A stretch of 63,998 nt of DNA, the filler included. It is 4 parts of 4 records of this genome, joined end to end, with 100 filler letters (N's around TTAATTAATTAA, not from the genome) between each part and the next. Parts side by side here need not be neighbours in the genome. Positions count along the whole stretch, not along the records: positions 9,709 to 33,114 come from SRR20825006_13; positions 33,215 to 58,578 come from SRR20825006_28; 2 more parts are not named here. One strand, written 5' to 3'. Below the pieces are notes generated by a model that was not told where the DNA came from, made no database searches, and worked only from the letters and a program-made list of their open reading frames with translations. Shown one piece after another: positions 30,011 to 39,331 of this stretch. Positions within the stretch are counted from its first letter, which is position 1, and the number at the start of each line of letters is the position of its first letter. Both the position numbers and the translations under genes were made by a program.

Positions 30011-31270
30011 TTAGTCTCTGCGTACATTAGAAATTGAGGTAGAGAGCGCATTCCCTCTGCCTATGAGTTCGTCGTATCTGCTTCCCGGAGCTCTGTAATA
30101 CACGAGAACATCATAAACATTTTCAGTCTGCCAAAAATCTCCATCAACGGGATTGTATTTGAGCATTTTACCGTCCTTAACCACCACATAGCGGTAATTA
30201 TAGTAGCCTTGTTTGAGCAAAATGGGCAATTCGTAACGCTTATTTTCAGGATTGAATTGCAATTTGGTAGCATCTTCAATCACAAAATTATTGAAGTTGC
30301 CATACAGGTGTATCTCTTCCCCCTCAGGTCTTTGTGGGTGATCTAGGCTAAAGTGAATCCACGCATATTCCGCATTCACTTTAGGCTGATCTCCCTGTAT
30401 GGTGTTGATCTGAAAATTTCCGTTAAGGTCAGGATTGTAAGTGTAAACGTCGTCCTTTCGGGTGTTGTTTCCATATAAATAATTGTGGTAAAGTTTAAGC
30501 AACTCTATATACTGAATGCGATTGGTCGCAGCCCTAATGTCTTTATTATCATAATCAAAAAACTCATTTCCTGCGTAAAAAGAGGTTTCGTCATCATAAC
30601 GGTATTGCAAAAGATTACCTATGCTGTATTGAGGAGGTATGTTGACCACAGACCTTTTAAGATCGTTATTTTGAATAATCAAGGGTTTTACAGTTTCTTC
30701 AGGGTTAATTAATATATTTTCACCGGAATCAACATTAAAATTCACCACTTGTTTTTCTTCTATGAATTCCAGATTGCGGGTACGCAAAACCTCGACGCCT
30801 ACTGTAACTTGAGGATCGTAGATCATAAATTTTCGCGAAAAAATAAGCTCGTCATCGCTGTTAAAAACGCTTAGTACATAATTGCCAGATTTTAAGATCG
30901 CAGAACTGTACTGGTTAGGGATTTGCAATTCGTAATGTGTATACAGCTGAAGCGTGCTCACCGAATTGGTGTAATTCATAATACGCACATCATCTACACC
31001 TTTGAGATATTCAGTTTTTGCTAAGACTGAAGGAGTCCAGTCATAATTGTGATGTGTAATGGTGTAATAATAATCAGCTTCATCGCCAATGATGTCGTCA
31101 AAACTCAAATTAAGCGGGTCGCCCAATCTGATCACCGGAAGCTGACTTTGTGCGGTATTACCATAAAATTGCACAGATTTGATATAGGGTGGGGCAGGAA
31201 CTTCATTAGCCACCTGACCAAAAAGAGAACAGAAGGCTAGAAGTAAGAATAATGTCGAAAACGTTTTCAT
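30011..31270 (-). CDS. DUF5103 family exported protein (T9SS-associated)
   Basis: Signal peptide, LSFDD, YTHY, AGNEF, LKQGYYNY, QTENVY; apaG-linked synteny. Confidence 0.75.
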   Translation of the reverse strand: MKTFSTLFLLLAFCSLFGQVANEVPAPPYIKSVQFYGNTAQSQLPVIRLGDPLNLSFDDIIGDEADYYYTITHHNYDWTPSVLAKTEYLKGVDDVRIMNYTNSVSTLQLYTHYELQIPNQYSSAILKSGNYVLSVFNSDDELIFSRKFMIYDPQVTVGVEVLRTRNLEFIEEKQVVNFNVDSGENILINPEETVKPLIIQNNDLKRSVVNIPPQYSIGNLLQYRYDDETSFYAGNEFFDYDNKDIRAATNRIQYIELLKLYHNYLYGNNTRKDDVYTYNPDLNGNFQINTIQGDQPKVNAEYAWIHFSLDHPQRPEGEEIHLYGNFNNFVIEDATKLQFNPENKRYELPILLKQGYYNYRYVVVKDGKMLKYNPVDGDFWQTENVYDVLVYYRAPGSRYDELIGRGNALSTSISNVRRD

Positions 31271-31315
31271 TTAGCAAATTAAGGTGTAAAGCGGCATCAT
31301 TGCAGCACCTAAGTC

Positions 31316-31338
31316 TTATTTGGAAACAATCTATATAA
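31316..31338. promoter_or_regulatory. Imperfect 9-5-9 palindrome upstream of nqrA, resembling a Bacteroidota Fur box
   Basis: TTATTTGGA-AACAA-TCTATATAA. Confidence 0.45.
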
Positions 31339-31513
31339 GTCCGAAAACTAGGTGGTATAAGCGGTTCGCGCTGCTTCAAATGTAACGAAAATTATGCCGC
31401 TTTATTTTTATAATCTAGTTTGTGTAAGAACCTTGTAAAATTTGTAAATTCGCACACCTCAATTCAAGCATATAAAGGGTTGAGAATAACAAGAACTTTA
31501 ACATATACTTCCT

Positions 31514-32866
31514 ATGTCAAAAGACATTAAGATCAAAAAAGGTCTTGATATTAAATTGGTAGGTGAGGCTGAAAAGACACTCGCCGAAGCGCCAAAATCA
31601 AGAACTTATGTGATCAAGCCTTCAGATTTTCATCTTGTAACTCCTAAGATGCTATTTAAAGAAGGAGCTAGCCTAAAAGCAGGAGAGCCACTTTTCTTCG
31701 CTAAAAAAGATGAAAGTATCAAATTTGTTTCGCCGGTAAGTGGAACGCTAACTGAGATTAAACGAGGAGCCAAACGTGTGATAACACATCTTGTCATTGA
31801 GGCAGATGGTAAAGACACGACAGTAGAATTCCCTACTCTTGATGTTGCTACTGCAAATGCAGAAGCGATTAAAGCCAGAATGTTAGAATCTGGTTTGTGG
31901 CCGTTTATCAAGCAGAGGCCTTATGATATCATCGCTAGCACTAAAACCACTCCGGATGCTATTTTTATTTCTGGCCACAATAGTGCGCCTTTAGCACCAG
32001 ATTATAACTTTAGTCTCAAAGGAAAGGAAGCTTATATTCAAGCTGCAATTACAGCATTAAGTAAATTAACCAGTGGTAAAATTTACTTAGGTGTTGCTAA
32101 AGCTGCTGATTCTGTTTTTGCAAATATTAGCGAAGTAGAAATGCATACCGTATCAGGACCGCATCCTAGCGGAAATGTAGGTACGCAAATCAATAAAATT
32201 GCTCCTATTAATAAAGGAGAAACCGTATGGACCATCGCTCCTGAAAATTTAGCGATTATCGGAGAGCTTTTCCTTACAGGTAAATTTAATCCTGAGCGTG
32301 TGATCTCGGTTGCAGGTTCTGGAGTTAAAGCACCAAAGTATTACAGAACAAAAATAGGAGCTGAGGTTTCTACTTTTGCGTATTCTGCAGGTATTGAGGG
32401 AGATAATGTAAGAATGATTTCAGGTAATGTGTTGACGGGAGCGCAAGTTGCAGCAGACGGTCATTTAGGATATTACCACAATGAATTTACCGTGATTCCT
32501 GAAGGTGATGATTATGAATTATTCGGGTGGAATAAACCGGTATTCAACAAGATTTCTTCTTCAAGAGCATTGACTTTTTCTTGGTTATTCCCGAATAAAA
32601 AATACGATCTAGATACCAATACAAACGGAGAGCACAGGGCTTTTGTGGTTACCGGAAATTATGAGGAAGTTTTTCCTTTAGATATTTATCCGCTACAATT
32701 ATTAAAAGCTTGTATGGTGCAAGATCTTGACGCGATGGAAGCTTTAGGGATGTACGAGGTTGCACCTGAAGATTTTGCGCTAACCGAGTTTGTTTGTGTG
32801 TCAAAACAACCACACCAAGCCATCATTCGTAAAGGATTAGATTTAATGCACGCTGAAATAGGATAA
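31514..32866 (+). CDS. nqrA: Na(+)-translocating NADH:quinone reductase subunit A
   Basis: IKKGLDI, SPVSG, GPHPSGNVG, ISGNVLTG, EDFALTEFVCVSK. Confidence 0.96.
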   Translation: MSKDIKIKKGLDIKLVGEAEKTLAEAPKSRTYVIKPSDFHLVTPKMLFKEGASLKAGEPLFFAKKDESIKFVSPVSGTLTEIKRGAKRVITHLVIEADGKDTTVEFPTLDVATANAEAIKARMLESGLWPFIKQRPYDIIASTKTTPDAIFISGHNSAPLAPDYNFSLKGKEAYIQAAITALSKLTSGKIYLGVAKAADSVFANISEVEMHTVSGPHPSGNVGTQINKIAPINKGETVWTIAPENLAIIGELFLTGKFNPERVISVAGSGVKAPKYYRTKIGAEVSTFAYSAGIEGDNVRMISGNVLTGAQVAADGHLGYYHNEFTVIPEGDDYELFGWNKPVFNKISSSRALTFSWLFPNKKYDLDTNTNGEHRAFVVTGNYEEVFPLDIYPLQLLKACMVQDLDAMEALGMYEVAPEDFALTEFVCVSKQPHQAIIRKGLDLMHAEIG

Positions 32867-32871
32867 TAGCT

Positions 32872-33114
32872 ATGGGATTAAAAGAAAAACTACACGGAAT
32901 TAAAGAGGATTTCAAGGGCAAGAAAATGGCGCCGGCTTTTAACGCGCTGCACACTTTTTTGTATACGCCTAATGAAACCACACACAACGGGTCGCACATT
33001 AGAGCTGTTGATGATTTAAAGCGTACCATGAACACGGTGATTATGGCGCTTGTACCTGTTTTAATATGGGGAATTTTTAATGCAGGTTATCAGCACTATG
33101 CTGCTGTTGATGCT
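32872..33114 (+). CDS. nqrB: Na(+)-NQR subunit B, N-terminal fragment
   Basis: HIRAVDDLKRTMNTV motif directly after nqrA; truncated by linker. Confidence 0.93.
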
Positions 33115-33214
33115 NNNNNNNNNNNNNNNNNNNNNNNNNNNNNNNNNNNNNNNNNNNNTTAATTAATTAANNNNNNNNNNNNNNNNNNNNNNNNNNNNNN
33201 NNNNNNNNNNNNNN
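33115..33214. other. Artificial contig linker
   Basis: N-run + TTAATTAATTAA + N-run. Confidence 0.99.
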
Positions 33215-33270
33215 CGTTGCGCAACCTCTTCCCTGAGCAACAACGACGGAAAGAATTAATTAAGAATTTC

Positions 33271-33504
33271 TATATTTGTGGTCTGTTATACTAATTCAAC
33301 ATATTATCTGAGTCTTTCTATAAGGACAATCTCGACAAAACGAGTAATTAACGCATAAAAATCTTCTCGTTTTTAATGCTCAGATAATTACATCCATTTA
33401 TTTTATCAAATTTCAAACAAAAACAGTCGACTATCAAATCGATTGCTTTATCACTCTGCTATGTTTTTAACATAGCAAAATGTGATGATAATACATGAAT
33501 TAAA
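33271..33504 (+). promoter_or_regulatory. Promoter (-7 TATATTTG) and long structured 5' leader
   Basis: TAnnTTTG at 33271-33278; perfect stems 33303-33312/33379-33388, 33337-33344/33366-33373 and 33457-33465/33469-33477. Confidence 0.5.
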
Positions 33505-34344
33505 ATGAAAAGTAAACAGTTAATAAGTAGAAACATAGAAGTATTTTATAATAAAGCATCCGAAGAAACTCGACTTGAAAAAGGAATGGGAATATTTGAA
33601 TTTGAAAGAATTAAATCCCTCATTGAAAAATACATCCCTTCAACATCTTCAAGAATCATTGATATAGGTGGTGGAACTGGAAAATATTCGGAATGGCTTG
33701 CTAAAAAAGGACATCAGGTTCATTTAGTAGAACCAGTTTCTAAACATATAAGAATCGCTGAAAATAGAGCCAATAAACTAAAGAACAAATATTCCATCCA
33801 GTTAGGCGAATCTCGAAAGTTAGATTTTCCAAATAATTTTGCAGACCTAATAATTCTACACGGACCTCTTTATCATCTTCAAAAAAAAGAAGATAGAGAT
33901 TTAACCATTAAAGAAGCCAAACGCGTTTTGAAAAATGGTGGAATCATTTTGGGTTTTGCCATTAATTACACAGCATCAACTTTAGTAGGTCTATTAAACG
34001 GTTTAATTCATAAAAAAACCTTTTTTGAAATGTGCAAGGACGAATTAACAACTGGAATACACAATCCACCAAGTGATTTTCCTTGGTTATTGGCTGAAGG
34101 ATATTATCACAAACCTGAACAACTGAAAGATGAATTTATAAATCAAGAATTAACCTATCTAAATACTTATGCAGTTGAAGGAATGGCTTGGTTAGACAAA
34201 GACTATTTTGCCAATATGCTAAACGACACAAAGAAAGAAACCTTAACCGAACTCATAAAAGTCACAGAAAATGACAGTTATCTTTTACCCTTTAGCCCAC
34301 ATATGATGATAGCTGTAAAAAAACAAATTACTTATGGAAAATAA
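33505..34344 (+). CDS. Class I SAM-dependent methyltransferase
   Basis: IIDIGGGTG, HGPLYHL, RVLKNGG; noticeably AT-rich. Confidence 0.9.
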   Translation: MKSKQLISRNIEVFYNKASEETRLEKGMGIFEFERIKSLIEKYIPSTSSRIIDIGGGTGKYSEWLAKKGHQVHLVEPVSKHIRIAENRANKLKNKYSIQLGESRKLDFPNNFADLIILHGPLYHLQKKEDRDLTIKEAKRVLKNGGIILGFAINYTASTLVGLLNGLIHKKTFFEMCKDELTTGIHNPPSDFPWLLAEGYYHKPEQLKDEFINQELTYLNTYAVEGMAWLDKDYFANMLNDTKKETLTELIKVTENDSYLLPFSPHMMIAVKKQITYGK

Positions 34345-34546
34345 AGACAGATATTTTAAAACTTTGGTTCAAAATAATGGACAGATGAATGAAATAGACC
34401 TTGGAGAAAAAATTGGACTTGACGAAGATGAAACTCAAGAAATAATTGTCCAACTTCTATCCGAACACAAAATAGAATATGCGGAAAATTGGTCTTGTAA
34501 TTATAGACTTAACAAGTCCAGGAAAAGGAAAAATAAAAGCAAGTAA
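34334..34546 (+). CDS. Small putative winged-helix protein
   Basis: Overlaps the methyltransferase stop; NEIDLGEKIGLDEDETQEIIVQLL helix-turn-helix pattern, basic tail. Confidence 0.6.
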   Translation: MENKDRYFKTLVQNNGQMNEIDLGEKIGLDEDETQEIIVQLLSEHKIEYAENWSCNYRLNKSRKRKNKSK

Positions 34547-34885
34547 TCGAGCAGACGGCTCCGTCAGATAGCCTGACGGAGCACGTCTCTCACATGCTTG
34601 CGCTGAAGATTCAACATAGGCGCCACCGCCGTACGTAAGTTCTCGTATACGGCTGTTGGTAAATTACCTACGATGCTGCTCCGTGGTGATGGGTTCATTT
34701 CTGTGTAAAGATCCAGCATCGCGGTGTATCCTCTTTGTTTAAGCCTTTTGAGAGTAATCGTGGTAATCAAAATTGGAGATTGAGCGACCGTCTAGCCTTC
34801 TTTTCTTGTCCGACTCCACGCGTAGGTATGATCTCGGCCTACAACTAACCGAACGAGGTTTTCCTTTTTCGTTCGGGCCTTTTGA
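34546..34885 (-). mobile_element. Degenerate group II (class IIC-like) intron 3' fragment: maturase domain X remnant plus D5/D6
   Basis: Minus strand encodes NLVRL..YAWSRTRKEG*TVAQSPILITTITLKRLKQRGY (internal stop). Then D5-like AACAGCCGTATACGAGAACTTACGTACGGCGGTG and D6 CTCCGTCAG-GCTAT-CTGACGGAG-CCGTCTGCTCGAT, ending in AT. Confidence 0.85.
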
Positions 34886-35065
34886 GAGTGTAAACTAAAC
34901 TCTGTTCTTTGAGCTAAAAAACCAAAACACATAAACCAACTAACTTTTTTTTTACTTAGTTTAGCGCTAGCCATTCGTCAGGACTTCCCACATACCCAAC
35001 CAAAACAACAAAGCAACCGTTGTATTATTCAGATCACCATAAATGCGATAACTCGAATTATTTAT

Positions 35066-35449
35066 ATGAAATTTCACCTACTCTTCTCAGCTCTTATTTC
35101 CTTTTTCCTAGTGCTCATTTTTAGTTGCAACAAGTACGAAGAAGAAAAAAAAATACTATCAGGCACATACCCGTGTTCCGTCCATTGCTACACTTATTCA
35201 AACTTCAGTTCAGATAAATACGATAGCACTTATTATGAAGTTGTGGAGATTAAACAAGATGGACAATCTCTAACGATTTTCGGAAATAACATACCCATAG
35301 ATTCATTAAACAAAGAGCAAGTCTATTTCCAAGGTGATCATCATTATTCTACAACTGTTCAATTTCGAAACGACAGCATATTCATTAGAAGGTACAGCGG
35401 TGGATTAGGAGGAGGATGTACGTGGGATTACACTGGAGCTAAACTGTGA
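35066..35449 (+). CDS. Hypothetical lipoprotein
   Basis: Hydrophobic signal ending IFSC, small beta-rich body. Confidence 0.7.
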   Translation: MKFHLLFSALISFFLVLIFSCNKYEEEKKILSGTYPCSVHCYTYSNFSSDKYDSTYYEVVEIKQDGQSLTIFGNNIPIDSLNKEQVYFQGDHHYSTTVQFRNDSIFIRRYSGGLGGGCTWDYTGAKL

Positions 35450-35565
35450 TTTTTCAGGAGATGACCGAAATAGACAGCACAATGATGTACTACACTTGAT
35501 CGACGCAATCATAAACAATGCCCACATGCTCCAGCATCTTTTCCCCGTTATCCAACAAACACACT

Positions 35566-35598
35566 AAAAAAAGCGCCACCTAACAAAAGATGACGCTC
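35566..35598 (-). terminator. Intrinsic terminator after lon
   Basis: Minus strand AGCGTCATCT...AGGTGGCGCT followed by T6. Confidence 0.65.
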
Positions 35599-35619
35599 TA
35601 CATTTTTATTCGTTAATTC

Positions 35620-38067
35620 TTATTCAACTACAATGGCATCTTTGACTTTCGTAGTCATCAATGCGAGTTCGAGAACCTCTTGCATGCTCGTAACATAGTG
35701 AAAAGTCAATCCTTTCAAGTAGTCTTGCTTAATTTCATCGACGTCTTTACGGTTCTTTTCACACAGGATAATTTCCTTGATGCGTGCGCGTTTTGCTGCT
35801 AGAATTTTTTCCTTAATTCCACCTACTGGTAGGACTTCACCTCGAAGAGTAATCTCTCCTGTCATCGCCAATTGTTGCTTCACCTTGCGTTGCGTAAACA
35901 ACGAAGCTAACGAAGTCAACATAGTAACACCAGCGCTTGGTCCGTCTTTTGGAGTTGCCCCTTCTGGAACGTGCACATGCACATTGTATCGATCAAACAC
36001 TTCTTGATCAATTCCCAATTTAGCACTGTGCGCTTTTAAATATTCAAGAGCGATCACAGCAGACTCTTTCATCACATCCCCCAAGTTTCCAGTCAGCGTG
36101 AGCTTCCCTTTCCCTTTAGTTAAGAGTGATTCTATAAATAGAATATCTCCACCAACGCTTGTCCAAGCCAATCCTGTTACAACACCTGCAACGTTATTGT
36201 TATCGTATTTCGTTCTTCCACGTCCAGCGCCCAAAATGGTAAATAAATCATCCGATTTAATTTTCACTTCGAACTCTTCTTCCATGGCAATTTGTCGTGC
36301 TCTATTTCGCACCAACTTCGCAACCATTTTATCTAATCCACGCACTCCAGATTCGTTGGTATATTCTTCTACCAATTTTTCCAACGTGCGTTTATCTACC
36401 TGAATATCTTTCGCCGTGATTCCGTGTTCCTTGATTTGCTTAGGCAATAAGTGACGTTTGGCGATTTCCATTTTTTCTTCAATCGTGTAGCCGTTCACTT
36501 CAATAATTTCCATTCGATCTCTCAACGGACCTTGAATTTCACTAAGATTATTCGCCGTAGCGATAAACATTACACGAGAAAGATCAAATTCAGTTTCGAT
36601 GTAGTTATCGTAAAACGCACTGTTTTGTTCAGGATCTAAGACTTCTAGCAACGCAGAAGATGGGTCACCATGATTGCTCCGTCCAAGTTTATCTATTTCA
36701 TCCAATACGAACACCGGATTACTGATCTCCGATTTTTTTATGTTTTGAATGATTCGTCCTGGCATCGCGCCAATGTATGTTTTTCTGTGCCCACGAATCT
36801 CAGACTCGTCGTGCAAACCACCTAGCGACATTCGGACATACTTTCTTCCAAGTGCCTCAGCAATGGACTTACCTAGCGAAGTTTTACCCACACCTGGAGG
36901 TCCATAAAAACACAAAATCGGTGATTTCATGTTTCCTTTCAGCTTTAAAACCGCCAAATATTCCAGAATCCGATCTTTCACCTTTTCAAGTCCGTAGTGA
37001 TCCCGTTCCAGTATTTTTTTCGCTCGATTTAGGTCCAAATTATCTTTAGAAAAATCTCCCCAAGGCAATTCTAACATGAGATCGAGGTAGTTCAATTGAA
37101 CAGTATACTCTGCTCCTTGCGGGTTCATTCTGCCTAATTTATCTAATTCCTTGTAGAACAGTTTTCCAACACGGTCATCCCATTTTTTTTTGTCGGCACG
37201 AGAACGCATATCATTCACATCTTGCTCCTGCGGGTTGTCTCCCAATTCATCTTGAATTGTACGCATTTGTTGATGCAAAAAATACTCCCGTTGCTGACGA
37301 TCCATGTCCAATCTTACTTTCGATTGAATTTCATTTCGCATTTCGAGCATTTGCACTTCGAGCGTTAGATGTTGTAAAACCATCATTACACGCTTTTGAA
37401 CGTCCAATTCCTCCAACATCTCCTGCTTCTTTTCAACGTCCGCATTCATGTTTGAAGAAATAAAATTCACCAAAAACGTTGGGCTATCGATATTTCCTAT
37501 TGCGAATGAAGCTTCAGAAGGAATGTTTGGACTTTGTTCAATTATTTGGAGCGCAAGGTCTTTAATCGACTTAAACATTACACCCAATTCCTTATTTTTC
37601 GAATCGAATCGTGCTTCCTCAAGCAAACGTACATTTGCCTTGAAATATGGCTCACTTTGAACAGGTTCGAGCAATTCAAAACGTCTTTTCCCTTGAATGA
37701 TCACAGTGGAACTTCCATCGGGCATTTTCAACAATCGAATAATCTGGGCAACTGTCCCCACTCGGTGAAGATCTTCAAAATCAGGTTCCTCTGCACCTGC
37801 ATCTTTTTGAGAAATGACTCCAATCACCTTAGAACCAGCATTCGCTTCTTGGATGAGTTTAATGGATTTATCTCTCCCCACTGTGATCGGAATGACCACC
37901 CCAGGAAAGAGCACGTTATTTCTTAAAGGTAATATTGGGAGAATATCAGGAAAACTCTGTTTGTTCATAGTTTCCTCTTCTTCCGCTGTAATTAATGGAA
38001 TAAATTCCGCGTCTGCCTCTATACCAGCAGAAAGATTTATAAAATTCGAATCAAATAATTCACTCAT
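35620..38067 (-). CDS. lon: ATP-dependent protease La
   Basis: LPLRNNVLFPG, GPPGVGKTS, LDEIDK, PKDGPSAG, GGIKEK. Confidence 0.98.
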   Translation of the reverse strand: MSELFDSNFINLSAGIEADAEFIPLITAEEEETMNKQSFPDILPILPLRNNVLFPGVVIPITVGRDKSIKLIQEANAGSKVIGVISQKDAGAEEPDFEDLHRVGTVAQIIRLLKMPDGSSTVIIQGKRRFELLEPVQSEPYFKANVRLLEEARFDSKNKELGVMFKSIKDLALQIIEQSPNIPSEASFAIGNIDSPTFLVNFISSNMNADVEKKQEMLEELDVQKRVMMVLQHLTLEVQMLEMRNEIQSKVRLDMDRQQREYFLHQQMRTIQDELGDNPQEQDVNDMRSRADKKKWDDRVGKLFYKELDKLGRMNPQGAEYTVQLNYLDLMLELPWGDFSKDNLDLNRAKKILERDHYGLEKVKDRILEYLAVLKLKGNMKSPILCFYGPPGVGKTSLGKSIAEALGRKYVRMSLGGLHDESEIRGHRKTYIGAMPGRIIQNIKKSEISNPVFVLDEIDKLGRSNHGDPSSALLEVLDPEQNSAFYDNYIETEFDLSRVMFIATANNLSEIQGPLRDRMEIIEVNGYTIEEKMEIAKRHLLPKQIKEHGITAKDIQVDKRTLEKLVEEYTNESGVRGLDKMVAKLVRNRARQIAMEEEFEVKIKSDDLFTILGAGRGRTKYDNNNVAGVVTGLAWTSVGGDILFIESLLTKGKGKLTLTGNLGDVMKESAVIALEYLKAHSAKLGIDQEVFDRYNVHVHVPEGATPKDGPSAGVTMLTSLASLFTQRKVKQQLAMTGEITLRGEVLPVGGIKEKILAAKRARIKEIILCEKNRKDVDEIKQDYLKGLTFHYVTSMQEVLELALMTTKVKDAIVVE

Positions 38068-38203
38068 ATCTTTTTTTGCAACTTTTTATTTTGAACCGCC
38101 AAATTGTCTACATTAACGGAAAGAACGTTCATAGAAACGTCCATTTTAGTACACCTGCTATCTTTCAAACGATATGCCAAGCAGAAAAGTCTGCAATTTT
38201 GTC

Positions 38204-39331
38204 CTAAAAATTGTCAGAAATGTATTTTAGAATGTCGATTTCTGCCGCAGATAGGGACAAATTTCTTCGTGACATCATATTATTGATACTTTCTACGGCT
38301 TTTGAAAATTCATATCGTTCGCCAGTGGTTCCCCACTGAAAAGATGAAATGTATTTATCAGGAAAATCTGCGCCAAACAAATTACTGGCAACGCCAACTA
38401 CGGATGCTGTATTGAACATCGTGTTTATCCCTGTTTTGGAATGATCTCCGATTACAAGTCCCATGAATTGCACATCTGTTTGCTCTAATTTCTGCGAAGC
38501 GTACGAATATGTTTTCACCGTTCCGTAGTTGTTTTTTAGGTTAGATGTATTCGTATCCGCGCCCAAATTACACCATTCACCAATCAGTGAATTTCCAACA
38601 AATCCATCATGTCCCTTGTTAGAATAGGCGTAAAAGATCGAATTATTCACTTCGCCACCTACTTTACAATGCGGTCCAATGGTCGTTGATCCATAAATTT
38701 TAGTTCCCATTTTCAAGGCACTTTCTTCTCCCATTGCTAGAGAACCTCGCACCATACTTCCTTCCATTATCTCGGCATTTTTACCAAGGTAAATGGGCCC
38801 CGTAGTTGTATTCAATACCGATGCTTCCACCTTCGCTCCTTCTTCAAGGAAAATAAGGTTTCGATCACCGATGATTGTATTCGTAGATGAAATTGCTGCT
38901 GAAGTTCTATTTTCTGTAATTAGTTTGAAATCTGCTTCCAGTACTTCTCCATTTTTCTGGAATAGCTCCCAACGGTGCTCGATTACGATTGGATTTGTTC
39001 CTTCATAATTAACGATGATCTCACCTCCACCCCATCTTGCAATCCAGTTTCCTTCGATAGTGAGCAACTCATTCGGTTTAAGCGCCAAAACTGCATTCAC
39101 CACTTCTTGAGTAGGAATTACACAGGCATTTACGATGATTCCCTTTCCTTCCTGAGGGAATTTTGAGCTCAAATAGTCTTCTGTATCAAATAAGATTTCG
39201 GCGTCTGGCAAGAACATTTTCCAACGTTCATCGTTAGTAAAAATGCCCATGCGCAAATTTCCTACAGGTCGAGTAAGTGTTAACGGAGCAAAATCTAAAA
39301 TTTTACGGTTGTCGTTTAGATAAATATTCAT
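38204..39331 (-). CDS. GlmU-like putative sugar nucleotidyltransferase (hexapeptide repeats)
   Basis: PLTLTRPV..LRMGI N-terminus, left-handed beta-helix, SNKGHDGFVGNS, NLKNNY. Confidence 0.85.
   Translation of the reverse strand: MNIYLNDNRKILDFAPLTLTRPVGNLRMGIFTNDERWKMFLPDAEILFDTEDYLSSKFPQEGKGIIVNACVIPTQEVVNAVLALKPNELLTIEGNWIARWGGGEIIVNYEGTNPIVIEHRWELFQKNGEVLEADFKLITENRTSAAISSTNTIIGDRNLIFLEEGAKVEASVLNTTTGPIYLGKNAEIMEGSMVRGSLAMGEESALKMGTKIYGSTTIGPHCKVGGEVNNSIFYAYSNKGHDGFVGNSLIGEWCNLGADTNTSNLKNNYGTVKTYSYASQKLEQTDVQFMGLVIGDHSKTGINTMFNTASVVGVASNLFGADFPDKYISSFQWGTTGERYEFSKAVESINNMMSRRNLSLSAAEIDILKYISDNF

Noticed and set aside
33303..33388. SAM-I riboswitch (TTATC...GATAA P1-like stem before a methyltransferase)
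   Set aside because: Lacks the conserved GAGGGA, GCAACC and GTGC core elements; kept only as an unassigned structured leader
34564..34974. ORFs 34564-34770 and 34792-34974 as real proteins, or a retron/DGR reverse transcriptase
   Set aside because: They are broken pieces of a group II intron maturase tail; no RT core (YADD) remains in the window
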